Part shown: positions 38,734 to 49,388 of the stretch, piece by piece
How the letters are laid out: every line of letters starts with the position of its first letter
Numbering within the stretch: position 1 is the first letter of the stretch
From: Cypionkella sp.
GTDB lineage: Bacteria; Pseudomonadota; Alphaproteobacteria; Rhodobacterales; Rhodobacteraceae
NCBI GenBank assembly: GCA_025458525.1
Contig: JALOSF010000002.1
Location: 1,159-65,158 of the forward strand
Direction: 5' to 3'
DNA length: 64,000 nt
Notes under the pieces: model-generated
The model's input: the letters and a program-made list of their open reading frames with translations, nothing else
Databases searched by the model: none
Told to the model about the DNA's origin: nothing
Position numbers and translations under genes: made by a program

Positions 38734-39252
38734 TCAGTTGCTGTCGTGATTCCCATGGTGGCCGCGGTGCTTGCCGCGCCCGCCCTCGCCGCGCGCGTCC
38801 TGCATCCGGTCACGGGCGGCGGCCAGTTCCGCCTCGGTCAGCGCGCCATCCTGATCGGCATCCAGCCGCTCGAACAGACGCGCAGGCATCGGCCGCACGG
38901 TCATTTCCGCCGCCGAGAGCTTGCCATCGCCATCGGCATCCCTGTGCTCGATCATCTGGGTGGCGCGGGCCTCCGCGCGCTCGGTCGCGGCCTTGACATG
39001 GGCCGCCGCCAGTTCTGCCGCTGTCAGAAATCCGTCGCCGTCGCTGTCCACAGCGGCGATCTGCGCGGCACGATGCGCGGTCAGTTCGGCCTCTGTCACC
39101 TTGCCATCCTTGTCGGCATCCATCGCGGTGAAATCCATCATCGGCATCCCGCCGCCCATCCCGCCCATCCGGTCGGCCAGAGCAGCCGATCCTGCAAGGG
39201 CAAAGCCAAGCGCCACCAGCGTGGCCCCTACCCATTTGTTCGTATCGATCAT
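38734..39252 (-). CDS. Secreted EF-hand protein
   Basis: Signal peptide; four DxDxDG loops (DADKDGKVTEAE, DSDGDGFLTAAE, DADGDGKLSAAE, DADQDGALTEAE); His-rich tail. Confidence 0.88.
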   Translation of the reverse strand: MIDTNKWVGATLVALGFALAGSAALADRMGGMGGGMPMMDFTAMDADKDGKVTEAELTAHRAAQIAAVDSDGDGFLTAAELAAAHVKAATERAEARATQMIEHRDADGDGKLSAAEMTVRPMPARLFERLDADQDGALTEAELAAARDRMQDARGEGGRGKHRGHHGNHDSN

Positions 39253-39492
39253 TGCGCCTCTCCTTGGCAATCGGCCCGAGCTATCCTTGGGCCTTGTGAT
39301 GGTGATACGCCCAAGGTCCGGCCTTCCGTCGCGGGGCGTTGCACGGCCCGCCACCCGCGTGCGGCCTGCCGGATCTTGCGACAAAGACGCACAAGCCACC
39401 GCCCCCCATTGCAGACCCGCGCCGATCCCCCCTATGTTAAGGGGCTTGCGGGCCTCTCCCGGGCCCTGCCCCCTGCGTTTAGGTGTTGCGTC

Positions 39493-39900
39493 ATGCAGAA
39501 CACGGCCACCCTCTCCTCTGGCTCCGACGACCGCCCGATGCGGCCGGCCATGCTGCGCGGCTGGCGTCGGCGCTGCCCGCAGTGCGGGGCGGGCCAGATG
39601 CTGCGCGGCTATCTTCAGGTGCGCGAAAGCTGCCCGGTCTGCGGCGAGGAATTGCACCACCACCGCGCCGATGACGGGCCGGCCTATCTGACCATCCTGA
39701 TCGTCGGCCATCTGATGGCGCCGCTGATCCTTTATGTGTTCACCGCCTACCGTCCCGATCCGCTTGTGCTTGCGGCGGTGTTTTCAGTCGGCACCGTGGC
39801 GCTGTCGCTTTATCTTCTGCCACGGCTGAAAGGGGTGATGGTCGGCATCCAATGGGCCAAGCGGATGCACGGCTTCGGCGGTCTTGCCCCCGGTGAATGA
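39493..39900 (+). CDS. DUF983 family membrane protein
   Basis: [29 protein letters not shown]...QWA.RMHGF. Confidence 0.88.
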   Translation: MQNTATLSSGSDDRPMRPAMLRGWRRRCPQCGAGQMLRGYLQVRESCPVCGEELHHHRADDGPAYLTILIVGHLMAPLILYVFTAYRPDPLVLAAVFSVGTVALSLYLLPRLKGVMVGIQWAKRMHGFGGLAPGE

Positions 39901-40510
39901 GCAGCCCGAAGGCCCGCCGGTGCGTGACGCCGCCACGGTGATCCTGTGGCGCAAGGTGGCGCAGGGCGTGCAGGTGCTGATGGGGCAGCGCGGGGCCGAT
40001 GCCGCCTTCATGCCGTCGAAATACGTCTTTCCGGGTGGGGCGGTCGATCCGGGCGACCGGGCACATCCCTTGCCGCTTGCCCCGCGCTGTGCCGCGCGTC
40101 TTGCGGCCCTGTGCGGGCCGGGCGCATCGGACGCGGCCGCCCTTGCCGGCGCCGCCTTGCGCGAGTTGCGCGAGGAAACCGGCCTGATCCTGCCGGCGAC
40201 ACCGGCGCCTGCCTTGCGCTTTGTGTTTCGCGCCGTCACCCCGCCCGGCCGCCCACGCCGGTTCGATGCACGCTTCTTTCTGGCCGATGCGTCCTATCTG
40301 GCCACGGCGCAAGACGATTTCGGCGCCGCCGAGGATGAGTTGTCGCATCTGCACTGGATCGGCCTTGCCGAGGCGCGGGCGCTGGACCTGCCCTTCATCA
40401 CCGAGGTGGTGCTGGCCGAAATCACCGCCCTGTTGAGGGGGGCGCCCGATCAGGGCGTGCCGTTTTTCGACAATTCCGGCACGGCACCCGTGTTCCGCCG
40501 CATCGCATAG
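39893..40510 (+). CDS. NUDIX hydrolase
   Basis: [38 protein letters not shown]. Confidence 0.88.
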   Translation: MNEQPEGPPVRDAATVILWRKVAQGVQVLMGQRGADAAFMPSKYVFPGGAVDPGDRAHPLPLAPRCAARLAALCGPGASDAAALAGAALRELREETGLILPATPAPALRFVFRAVTPPGRPRRFDARFFLADASYLATAQDDFGAAEDELSHLHWIGLAEARALDLPFITEVVLAEITALLRGAPDQGVPFFDNSGTAPVFRRIA

Positions 40511-41475
40511 GGCGGGGCAGGTTCTGGCGCGGCAGGTTCTGGCGCGGCAGACTCTGGCCCCAGCGGCATCAACGGATGCGGCACCGGGTCTTTGGCGCGC
40601 AGGAAATACCGGGCAAAGATCTGCGCGTAAGAGTCGTAGGCATAGCCCTCATTCCGGCGCAGGTAATGGTCACGGCTGGCCGCATAGACCGAAGGCAGGC
40701 GATACCACGGCACCTGCGGATGCATGTGATGGACGACATGCAGGTTGTTGTTCAAGAACAGCAGGGCAAGCGGGCCGCGATCCTCGATGATCACCGTGCG
40801 GGCCCGCGCCGCCTCATGCGCCCGGTGTTCCAGAAAGGTGCGGATCTTGAGCAGGGCCGCAGCCGCATAGACGGCAAACCCATAGCCGATCCATCCCATC
40901 GGCGCCGGAATCAGCCACAAGGCCACAAGCGCAAGCCCGCCCAGATGCAGCCCCCAATCGCGCCACACCGCGCGCTGGCCCGACCGGATCAGCCGCGCCT
41001 CGCCCCGCAGCCACAGCGCCGTGCCAAGGATCGGGCCGATCAGCATGCGCCCCAGCAAGGTGTTGTTGGCCGAAAACAGCGCCTGTTTCCAAGGCGCGAG
41101 CCCAGCCCAGACCCGCGGGTCAAGATAGTTCGACTCCGGGTCGTCATAGGGGTCGGTCAGGCTTGGATCATGGTGATGCGCAAGATGGGTGGCGCGAAAC
41201 CGCCCATAGGGCACGGTGGGAAACAGCGCGGGGAACACCAGCGCCTCGTTCAGCCATGCGCTGCGGAACGGATGGCCATGCAGCGCCTCGTGCTGCAACG
41301 AACAGAACTGGGTGATCGCCAGCGCCGTCACCGCAATGCCAAGGATCGGCGACAGGGTGTAAAGGACCGTGGTGCCCAGCGCCCAAAGACCATAGGTCGC
41401 AGCCAGCAAGGCCAGCGTTGGCCATTCCACCGCATCAGCGCCGCGCCTCCGCCCCACCGGGTCCAGAACAGCCAA
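40450..41475 (-). CDS. Fatty acid desaturase family protein
   Basis: His boxes HEALH, HLAHH, HVVHH. Confidence 0.88.
   Translation of the reverse strand: MAVLDPVGRRRGADAVEWPTLALLAATYGLWALGTTVLYTLSPILGIAVTALAITQFCSLQHEALHGHPFRSAWLNEALVFPALFPTVPYGRFRATHLAHHHDPSLTDPYDDPESNYLDPRVWAGLAPWKQALFSANNTLLGRMLIGPILGTALWLRGEARLIRSGQRAVWRDWGLHLGGLALVALWLIPAPMGWIGYGFAVYAAAALLKIRTFLEHRAHEAARARTVIIEDRGPLALLFLNNNLHVVHHMHPQVPWYRLPSVYAASRDHYLRRNEGYAYDSYAQIFARYFLRAKDPVPHPLMPLGPESAAPEPAAPEPAPPYAMRRNTGAVPELSKNGTP
40516..40560. repeat. 15-bp tandem repeat, three copies (third imperfect)
   Basis: GGCAGGTTCTGGCGC x2 plus GGCAGACTCTGGCCC; encodes [14 protein letters not shown] in the desaturase tail. Confidence 0.8.
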
Positions 41476-41592
41476 GGTGTTGATCCCCCTTTTGTAACTG
41501 CTTTGTGAATATCACTTGCGCCCGCGGCGCGGAACGCAAAGGATAGGCAACAGATTGTCACCTCTATTTGATTTAGTCACCAAAGGCCGGCC

Positions 41593-42441
41593 ATGATCGA
41601 CAAACGCGTCCGCGCCACCCTGTTCCGCACCCGTCTGGCCGAGGCCATGCGCGACCGCGGGATCAGTCAGGCCGCGCTTGCGCGACAGACCGGCGTGGAC
41701 CGATCGACCATCAGCCAGCTTCTGGTGTCCGACACGCGCCTGCCGGGCGCCCAGCTTGCCGCCGATTGCGCCATGGCGCTGGGTGTCTCGGCCGACTGGC
41801 TTTTGGGCCTGTCGGGACGGCCCGAGCCGATGGCAGACCTGCTTGCGATGCAACTGACCGAAACCGAGGCGCCACGCGCGCTGATCGACGAGGCGATCTT
41901 TGGGTGGCATCAGGAAGCGGCAGGCTACAAGATCCGCCATGTGCCCGCGACCCTGCCCGACATGCTCAAGACCCGCGCGATGGTGGAATGGGAATATGCG
42001 CCGCAGCTTGGCCGGTCGGCGGCCCAGGCGCTTGGCGCGTTCGAGGACCGACTGGCCTGGATGCGCGGGGCGCGGTCAGATTATGAAATTGCGTTGCCCC
42101 TGCATGAACTTGCGGCCTTTGCCCAAGGCTCGGGCTATTACAGCGGTCTGCCGGTGCCCACGCGGCTGGAACAGATCGACCGGCTGATCGATCTGACCGA
42201 GGCGCTGTATCCGGGGCTGCGGATTTATCTGTTCGATGCGCGGCGGGTGTTTTCCGCGCCAATCACCGTGTTCGGGCCGATGCTGGCGGTGCTTTATCTT
42301 GGCCGCCATTACCTTGCCTTTCGCGACAGCGCGCGGGTGGACAGCTTCAGCCGCCATTTCGACTGGCTGGTGCGCGAAGCGGCGGTCAGCGCGCGCGCGG
42401 TTCCCGACCACCTGCGCGACTTGCGCGCCCGCATCGGCTAA
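41593..42441 (+). CDS. XRE family HTH regulator
   Basis: SQAALARQTGVDRSTISQLL, ALGVSADWLLG, large C-terminal domain. Confidence 0.85.
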   Translation: MIDKRVRATLFRTRLAEAMRDRGISQAALARQTGVDRSTISQLLVSDTRLPGAQLAADCAMALGVSADWLLGLSGRPEPMADLLAMQLTETEAPRALIDEAIFGWHQEAAGYKIRHVPATLPDMLKTRAMVEWEYAPQLGRSAAQALGAFEDRLAWMRGARSDYEIALPLHELAAFAQGSGYYSGLPVPTRLEQIDRLIDLTEALYPGLRIYLFDARRVFSAPITVFGPMLAVLYLGRHYLAFRDSARVDSFSRHFDWLVREAAVSARAVPDHLRDLRARIG

Positions 42442-42935
42442 AGCGGCTGCAAGAACCGCGTGTCATAGCCGTTGAAGTCGAAGATCTCCCGCGCGGCGCG
42501 CAGCCGGTCGGGCGGCAGCGCCCCGCCGCGGTTGAGGATGAAGCCAAAGGCCCCCGAAGGCGTTCCGATGGCAAGCGTGCGATAATCGGTATCGACCCAG
42601 ATCACCCACCACTCTTGCCCATCTGCCACAAACCGCCCCGGACCGCTGGCCGCAAGCGGACCGCCAAGCCGCACCTCCTGCCCCGACAGGCACAACCGCG
42701 CCTGAAGCGTGAGCGCCCCGGCCCGCCCGCCGATCTCGGCCCCGCCGGGCCCACAGCCGCCGGGCGTGCGCGCAAAGGTCGCCGATTGCCGCCACGATCC
42801 GGTCAGCCGCCCGGCGTCAAGCTGCGCATTCGACCAGATCGGCGCCCCGGCGGCGCGAAAGGCCACAGCCGGCGGCGCCTTTGGCGCACAGGCGACCAAC
42901 ACCAGCGCAAGCAGGACCACCTTCAGTTGATGCAT
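42438..42935 (-). CDS. Lipocalin family lipoprotein
   Basis: Lipobox LVAC, GSW motif, WWVIWVDTDYR. Confidence 0.8.
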   Translation of the reverse strand: MHQLKVVLLALVLVACAPKAPPAVAFRAAGAPIWSNAQLDAGRLTGSWRQSATFARTPGGCGPGGAEIGGRAGALTLQARLCLSGQEVRLGGPLAASGPGRFVADGQEWWVIWVDTDYRTLAIGTPSGAFGFILNRGGALPPDRLRAAREIFDFNGYDTRFLQPL

Positions 42936-43474
42936 TGGGTCAGCATCCTTCCTTGTTCGTTCAGGATGTCGTGACAGCCCAACATCGGGGTGACAGGGGC
43001 GCAGGTGCGCGACTTTTCAAGGCAATAGCCCGTGCAATCGGTCGAGGCGCGGCAGGATTTGCCTGCGTCGCGTGTGGGCGTCTGGCAAAAGGCCGCGGCC
43101 CCGCCCCCGGCCACGCTCCAAAGCCCGCCCCGCCGTTCGCAGGCCAGATGCGCCTCGGTCTTGACCACGGTTGGCGCCACCGGCTCGGCGGCGCCAATAT
43201 CTGCCTCAGGCGCCTCTGCCTCGGGCGGCGCGGCCTCGGGCGGCGCGGCGGCGGCGGCCTCGGGCGGCCGGGCGGCCCCCGTCGCAGGCGTGGCCGCAGA
43301 GGCAGAAGGGGCAGGCGCCGATGGCCCATCAAGCGATGTCGTCGCAATCTCTGCGCCTGTGATCGGGCTTGGCGCGGGTGTGGCCGCCCCTTCCCCGCCG
43401 GTGCCAAACGGCAAGCTCTGGCACCCCGCCAGAACGGCCAGGATCAACAGAGGCAGGATCAGTCGAAACCGCAT
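42923..43474 (-). CDS. Hypothetical lipoprotein with Ala/Pro linker and 8-Cys C-terminal domain
   Basis: Lipobox LAGC; eight Cys in the last ~75 aa. Confidence 0.8.
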   Translation of the reverse strand: MRFRLILPLLILAVLAGCQSLPFGTGGEGAATPAPSPITGAEIATTSLDGPSAPAPSASAATPATGAARPPEAAAAAPPEAAPPEAEAPEADIGAAEPVAPTVVKTEAHLACERRGGLWSVAGGGAAAFCQTPTRDAGKSCRASTDCTGYCLEKSRTCAPVTPMLGCHDILNEQGRMLTQCIN

Positions 43475-43554
43475 GAGGCTCCCTTCAAGTCAAGACCGCG
43501 CGTCAGAGATGGCCCCATTCAAACCCCAAGCGCAAGCCCCGACCGGCCCCAAGC

Positions 43555-44598
43555 TCAATAGGGCATCGGATAAAGCCGATGCGCCTGCGCGATATCGGCC
43601 AGAACCGCCTCGTTCAGGTGCAGGTCGGCTGCGCCGATATTGGTGGCAAGCTGCGCCGTGCTGGTCGCCCCGATGATCGGGATGCAGGGAAAGGGCCGCG
43701 TCAGGCAAAACGCTATGGCCATCTGGCAAGGGTCAAGCCCATGCGTCGCCGCAATCCCAAGATAGGCGGCAACCGCAGGGAAGACATCGCGCGTGATGCG
43801 CCCGCCAAGGTCGGGGGTAAAGCTGCGACGCGACCCGTCGGGCACCACGTCGCCCGCGTATTTGCCGCTCAGCAACCCCGCCGCCAGGGGCGAAAACGCC
43901 AGCAGCGGCATGTCCTCGGCCAGGCTCATCTCGCACCAGTCGGTGTCGAACTGCCGGCAGAGCAGCGAGTATTCGTTCTGCACCGACATCATGCGCGGCA
44001 GATCATGCACGCGCGCCAAATGCAGCCACAGCCCCGCCCCCCAGACGCTTTCATTGGACAGCCCGATGGCGCGGATCTTGCCCTCGGCGATCAGCGCCTG
44101 CGCGGTGTGCAGCACATCGATCATATGCGCCTCGACCTCGGCGCGGTTCAGGCCGCGTGGAGCATACTGCCAGGCCTGCCGAAAGTGATAGCTGCCCCGA
44201 TTGGGCCAGTGCAGCTGATAAAGGTCGATGTAATCGGTGCGCAACCGGCGCAGGCTGTCCTCGACCGCGGCGCGCATCGCAGCACCGCTGATGGGTGCGC
44301 CGCCGCGCACAGCACCTTGCCCCGCGCCGGTGATCTTGGTCGCCAGTTGCAGCCGCGACCGCCCGCCGCGGCTGGCAAGCCAGGTGCCGATGATGGTTTC
44401 GGTATCGCCCACCGTTTCGGCCCGCACCGGATTGGTCGGATACATCTCGGCCGTGTCCCAGAAGGTCACGCCATGATCGAGCGCCAGATCCGCCTGCGCA
44501 TGACCCTCGGCTTCGGTGTTCTGGCTGCCCCATGTCATGGTCCCAAGGCAAAGCCTGGAAACCTCGATACCGCTGTGCCCCAGTTGAACCCGTTCCAT
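43555..44598 (-). CDS. Aldo/keto reductase (Tas-like)
   Basis: LCLGTMTWG, DTAEMYP, TDYIDLYQLHWP, QNEYSLL, FSPLAAG. Confidence 0.92.
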   Translation of the reverse strand: MERVQLGHSGIEVSRLCLGTMTWGSQNTEAEGHAQADLALDHGVTFWDTAEMYPTNPVRAETVGDTETIIGTWLASRGGRSRLQLATKITGAGQGAVRGGAPISGAAMRAAVEDSLRRLRTDYIDLYQLHWPNRGSYHFRQAWQYAPRGLNRAEVEAHMIDVLHTAQALIAEGKIRAIGLSNESVWGAGLWLHLARVHDLPRMMSVQNEYSLLCRQFDTDWCEMSLAEDMPLLAFSPLAAGLLSGKYAGDVVPDGSRRSFTPDLGGRITRDVFPAVAAYLGIAATHGLDPCQMAIAFCLTRPFPCIPIIGATSTAQLATNIGAADLHLNEAVLADIAQAHRLYPMPY

Positions 44599-44721
44599 GG
44601 CCTGCCTTCCCTGCTGTCTGCCGCCCCGTGCCAACCTAGTCACCCCCCCGGACATGGCAAGGGGGCGCTGGCCGCCACATGGCCCTTTACAGCCGCGGGC
44701 AAAGCGGCTCTGCTGCGCGCC

Positions 44722-45942
44722 ATGCGCCTGCTGATCTCCTTTGCCGCCCTGTTCCTGTCGGTTGTGCTGCTGCAACTGGGGCTTGGCGGCGTGGCGCCGC
44801 TTGATGCGATTTCGGGCGTGGCCCTTGGCTTTACCAAGGCCGAGATCGGGATGCTTGGCTCGGCGCATTTCCTGGGGTTCTTCATCGGCTGCTGGTGGGC
44901 GCCGCGCCTTATGGGCACGGTCGGCCATTCCCGCGCCTTTGCGGCCATGACCGCCGCCGGAACGATCGGCATTCTGGCGCATATGATGGTGGTCAACCCC
45001 TATGCCTGGGCGGTCATGCGCCTGACCTCGGGCCTTGCCATCGCCGGGTGCTATACCATCATCGAAGCCTGGTTGCAGGCCAAGGTCACGAATGACACCC
45101 GCGGTCGTGCCATGGGGCTATACCGTGTGGTCGATATCGCGGGAAGCCTGGGCGCGCAGCTTGTGATCGGGGTGCTGGAACCCGCAAGCTATCTGTCCTA
45201 CAACATCCTCGCCCTTTTGTGCTGTCTTGCCATCTTCCCGCTGACCCTCAGCCGCGCCGAAGCCCCCGAGATGCCGGACGCCCCGCGCCTGCGCCCGATG
45301 CTGGCCTGGCGCATGTCGCCGCTGGCGGCGGCGGGCGTGATCGTCTCGGGCATCACGGGGGCCGCGTTCCGCATGGTGGGCCCGCTTTACGGCAGCGAGG
45401 TGGGTCTGCGCGCCGATCAGATCGCGCTGTTTCTGGCGGCCTATGTGCTGGGCGGGGCCTTCGCGCAATATCCGGTCGGCTGGCTGGCCGACAGATATGA
45501 CCGCCGCGCCGTGCTGATCGGCCTGTCGGTCGCGGGGGCGGTCGCCTGCACCACCACGGTGCTTGCGGCCGGGGCTGGCACGGTCTGGGTCTTTCTTGCG
45601 GTCGGGTTCTTTGGCTTTGCCACGATGCCCGTCTATTCGGTATCGACCGCCCATGCCCATGATTTCGCATCGCAACTGGAACGGGTAGAGCTTTCTGCCG
45701 CCCTGATGTTCCTCTATGCGGTCGGCGCCATCGCAAGCCCGCTGATCGCCGCGCTGCTGATCGATCGCTTTGGCGCCGCCGCGATGTTCGCCATGATCGC
45801 CGTGGCGCATGTCGGGCTGATCCTGTTCGGCCTTGCCCGCATGCGCGCCCGTCCCGCGCCCGGCAGCCGCACCCCCTATACCTACGAGCCGCGGACATCC
45901 TTTCTGATCGGCCGGCTGTTGCGCGGGCGGCGCGACCGCTGA
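44722..45942 (+). CDS. MFS transporter (YcaD-like)
   Basis: About 12 TMs; VGHSRAFA, EAWL, GWLADRYDRR. Confidence 0.9.
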   Translation: MRLLISFAALFLSVVLLQLGLGGVAPLDAISGVALGFTKAEIGMLGSAHFLGFFIGCWWAPRLMGTVGHSRAFAAMTAAGTIGILAHMMVVNPYAWAVMRLTSGLAIAGCYTIIEAWLQAKVTNDTRGRAMGLYRVVDIAGSLGAQLVIGVLEPASYLSYNILALLCCLAIFPLTLSRAEAPEMPDAPRLRPMLAWRMSPLAAAGVIVSGITGAAFRMVGPLYGSEVGLRADQIALFLAAYVLGGAFAQYPVGWLADRYDRRAVLIGLSVAGAVACTTTVLAAGAGTVWVFLAVGFFGFATMPVYSVSTAHAHDFASQLERVELSAALMFLYAVGAIASPLIAALLIDRFGAAAMFAMIAVAHVGLILFGLARMRARPAPGSRTPYTYEPRTSFLIGRLLRGRRDR

Positions 45943-46073
45943 CAGCCGTCGATCCGGCGAGGGGGCGTGACGCCCTCGCAAACCGTCAAAAGCCGCCGCC
46001 CTGCCCCCGCGCGGCACTGGCAAGCCTGAACACCTTGCGCTAAACGGGCGACACCAACAGTCAAAGGCGCATC

Positions 46074-47792
46074 ATGGCACGGATTCTCATCACATCGGCC
46101 ATTCCCTACATCAACGGGATCAAGCATCTGGGCAATCTTGTCGGCAGCCAGCTGCCGGCCGATCTGTTCGCGCGCTACAACCGCGCGCGCGGGCATGAGG
46201 TGATGTTCATCTGCGCCACCGATGAACATGGCACCCCGGCCGAGCTTGCCGCCGCCAAGGCCGGGCGGCCCGTCGCCGACTATTGCGCCGAAATGCACGC
46301 GGTTCAGGCCGAGATCGCCCGCGGCTTCCGGCTGTCGTTTGACCATTTCGGCCGCTCCTCCAGCGCGCGCAACCATGCGCTGACCCAGCATTTCGCAGGC
46401 CGTCTGGCCGACAATGGCCTGATCCGCGAAGTCACCGAAAAGATGATCTATTCGGTCGATGACGGCCGTTTCCTGCCCGACCGCTATGTCGAAGGCACCT
46501 GCCCGAATTGCGGCTACGACTCGGCGCGCGGCGATCAATGCGACAATTGCACCAAACAGCTTGACCCGACCGATCTGATCAACCCGCGCTCGACCATTTC
46601 CGGTTCGACCAACCTTGAACTGCGCGAAACAAAGCATCTTTACCTGATGCAGCGCGCGCTGAAGGACAAGCTGGAAGCCTGGATCGACAGCAAGACCGAC
46701 TGGCCGGTGCTGACCACCTCGATCGCCAAGAAATGGCTCAACGATGGCGACGGGTTGCAAGACCGCGGCATCACCCGCGATCTGCACTGGGGCATCCCGG
46801 TCAAGCGCGGCGACCAGCCCTGGCCGGGGATGGAGGGCAAGGTGTTCTACGTCTGGTTCGACGCCCCCATCGAATACATCGCCGCCACCGCCGAATGGGC
46901 CGATGCGAACGGGCTTGACGATGCCGCCTGGCAGCGCTGGTGGCGCACCGACAAGGGGGCGGATGACGTCACCTATTACCAGTTCATGGGCAAGGACAAC
47001 GTGCCCTTTCACACCCTGTCCTTCCCGGCCACCATCCTTGGCTCGGGCGAGCCATGGAAGCTGGTCGATTACCTCAAGTCCTTCAACTACCTCAACTATG
47101 ATGGTGGCCAGTTCAGCACCTCGCGCGGGCGTGGGGTGTTCATGGATCAGGCGCTTCAGGTTCTGCCGCCCGATTACTGGCGCTGGTGGCTGCTCAGCCA
47201 CGCGCCCGAATCCTCGGATGCCGAATTCACATGGGAGAATTTCCAGGCCTCGGTGAACAAGGATCTGGCCGATGTGCTGGGCAATCTGGTCAGCCGGGTG
47301 ACGAAATTCGCCGCGTCGAAATTTGGCACCACCGTGCCGGCGGGCGGCAGCTTTGGGCCAAGCGAAACCGCGCTGATCGCCGATCTGGGCGCGCGCATCC
47401 GCGAATACGAGTCGCTGATGCAGGCGATGGAGGTGCGCAAGGCCGCGGCAGAGCTGCGCGCGATCTGGGTGATCGGCAACGAATACCTGCAATCCGCCGC
47501 GCCCTGGACGGTGGTGAAAACCGACCCCGAGCAGGCGCAGGCGATGATCCGCCTCAGCCTGAACCTGATCCGGGTCTATGCGATCCTGTCGCAGCCCTTT
47601 ATCCCCGATGCGGCGGCCACGATGATGGCGGCGATGGGGTCGGACGACTGGACCTGGCCCGATGATCTGCCGCAGGCGATGCGCAGCCTTGCGCCCGGCC
47701 AGCCGTTCAGCGTGCCGGAAAACCTGTTCCGCAAGATCACCGATGAAGAACGCGCCGACTGGCAGCAGCGCTTTGCCGGGGTGCGCACATGA
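46074..47792 (+). CDS. metG: Methionyl-tRNA synthetase
   Basis: [28 protein letters not shown] knuckle, YVWFDA, GKDN. Confidence 0.97.
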   Translation: MARILITSAIPYINGIKHLGNLVGSQLPADLFARYNRARGHEVMFICATDEHGTPAELAAAKAGRPVADYCAEMHAVQAEIARGFRLSFDHFGRSSSARNHALTQHFAGRLADNGLIREVTEKMIYSVDDGRFLPDRYVEGTCPNCGYDSARGDQCDNCTKQLDPTDLINPRSTISGSTNLELRETKHLYLMQRALKDKLEAWIDSKTDWPVLTTSIAKKWLNDGDGLQDRGITRDLHWGIPVKRGDQPWPGMEGKVFYVWFDAPIEYIAATAEWADANGLDDAAWQRWWRTDKGADDVTYYQFMGKDNVPFHTLSFPATILGSGEPWKLVDYLKSFNYLNYDGGQFSTSRGRGVFMDQALQVLPPDYWRWWLLSHAPESSDAEFTWENFQASVNKDLADVLGNLVSRVTKFAASKFGTTVPAGGSFGPSETALIADLGARIREYESLMQAMEVRKAAAELRAIWVIGNEYLQSAAPWTVVKTDPEQAQAMIRLSLNLIRVYAILSQPFIPDAAATMMAAMGSDDWTWPDDLPQAMRSLAPGQPFSVPENLFRKITDEERADWQQRFAGVRT

Positions 47793-48673
47793 CAGCCGCC
47801 TCGTCCCCCACATGGCAGCTTGTGCTGGTTCTGTGGGGCACGAAATACCCGGTGGCCGAGGTCAACCACCTGATCGACACCGTGTGCCGCCACGCGGCCC
47901 ACCCGCCGCGTGTCGTGCTGCTGACCGACCGGATGCGCGAGGGCCTGCGCGCGGGAACGGTGCAGCGGCTGATCCCCGCGTTCTTTCTGGCGCCCGAGAT
48001 GCGCGGCCCCGGCTGTCAGGCCAAGCTGTGCATGTTCGAAGCCGGGCTGGTGCCCGAGGATCTGCCGGCGATCTTCATCGATATCGACACGGTCGTTCTG
48101 GGCGATCTGACCCGGCTTCTGGCGCTGCAAACCCGGCGCTCGACGGTCGCGATCTTTCAAAGCGCCATCCTGCCCTTTGGCGCGCTGGCCCGCGCGCTGT
48201 TCCGCCTGACCAAAGGGCGCAGATATGCGCGCGGCAATTCGTCGATCGTGGTCTATCACCCGGCCGAGTGCAGCCATATCGCGGCGCGCTACCGCGAGCT
48301 GATCGCAAAGGTCGGCTATAACGGCATCCGCCCGATGATCGCGGACGAGCGGTTCATCAGCTGGTCCAATCAGCCCGACATGCGCGCCATTCCGCGCAAT
48401 CTGGCGGTCAAGCTGCCGACCGAATTCATGCTGCCCTGGCGCTGGATGATCTTGCTGCGCGCGCGTCTGCCTTGGGTGCGCCGCCGCTGGGCCGGGCTGA
48501 TCGCGCTGACCTTGCCGGGGGCCGAGGTCAAGGGCGAGGCGCTGCTCGATCTGCCCGAAGGCGGCGAGGTGGTGGACCGCAAGGGCCGCCGCCTGATCTG
48601 GTCCGAGGCGGCGCTGGGTCCGATCAAGGCGCGGCTGACCACCTATTACACCGCCCTGCAACACAAAGGATAA
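47789..48673 (+). CDS. Putative GT-A glycosyltransferase
   Basis: [18 protein letters not shown] DxD motif; ATGA overlap with metG. Confidence 0.7.
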   Translation: MTAASSPTWQLVLVLWGTKYPVAEVNHLIDTVCRHAAHPPRVVLLTDRMREGLRAGTVQRLIPAFFLAPEMRGPGCQAKLCMFEAGLVPEDLPAIFIDIDTVVLGDLTRLLALQTRRSTVAIFQSAILPFGALARALFRLTKGRRYARGNSSIVVYHPAECSHIAARYRELIAKVGYNGIRPMIADERFISWSNQPDMRAIPRNLAVKLPTEFMLPWRWMILLRARLPWVRRRWAGLIALTLPGAEVKGEALLDLPEGGEVVDRKGRRLIWSEAALGPIKARLTTYYTALQHKG

Positions 48674-48677
48674 GCCG

Positions 48678-49388
48678 ATGATTCTTGGCCATATTGGCGC
48701 GCGCAAGGGCTCGAAGGGCGTGCCGGGAAAGAACTTTCGCACCCTCTGCGGCAAGCCGCTGATCGACTGGTCGCTGGATCAGCTTTTTGCCAACCCGCGC
48801 GTCGGCGCGGTGGTCGTCTCGACCGATGATCCGGCGATCTATGCCCATGCGGTGGCGCGCGGCGCGCTGGATATCGGGCTGCGCCCGGCCGAGCTTGCCA
48901 CCGATACCGCGCCGAAATGGGGCGTGTGGCAACATGCGCTTGCCGCGTCCGAACCGCTCTGCGGCCCGGTTTCGGCCTTCCTCGATCTCGACTGCACCTC
49001 GCCCTTGCGCCTGCCCCAGGACATCGACGGCGCGCTGGATGTGTTTGAGGCCGATCATCCCGACATGGTGATGAGCGTGTGCGAGGCGCGCAAGAACCCC
49101 TATTTCAATCTGGTCGAACCCGATGCGACCGGGGCCTTGCAGGTGTCCAAGCCCTTGCCCGGCGGGGTCTGGGCGCGGCAGGATGCGCCGGTGGTCTATG
49201 AACATGTGGGCGTCGTCTATGTGGTGGCCCCCGATTACCTGCGCCGGGCCAAGACGATCTATGAAGGGCGCGTCGTCCCCTTTGTCCTGCCCGCCGAACG
49301 CTGCCACGACATCGACACGCCCTATGATTTCCGTCTGGTCGAGTTCTTGCTGTCGGAACAGCTGAACGCGGGCGTCACAAAGGTCTGA
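48678..49388 (+). CDS. neuA: CMP-N-acylneuraminate (nonulosonate) cytidylyltransferase
   Basis: ARKGSKGVPGKN, GKPLI, VSTDD, RPAELATD, TSPLR, DIDTPYDF. Confidence 0.88.
   Translation: MILGHIGARKGSKGVPGKNFRTLCGKPLIDWSLDQLFANPRVGAVVVSTDDPAIYAHAVARGALDIGLRPAELATDTAPKWGVWQHALAASEPLCGPVSAFLDLDCTSPLRLPQDIDGALDVFEADHPDMVMSVCEARKNPYFNLVEPDATGALQVSKPLPGGVWARQDAPVVYEHVGVVYVVAPDYLRRAKTIYEGRVVPFVLPAERCHDIDTPYDFRLVEFLLSEQLNAGVTKV

Noticed and set aside
43579-45942. 787-aa ORF as a fusion protein
   Set aside because: The first ~380 codons are antisense to the aldo/keto reductase; the MFS gene starts at 44722
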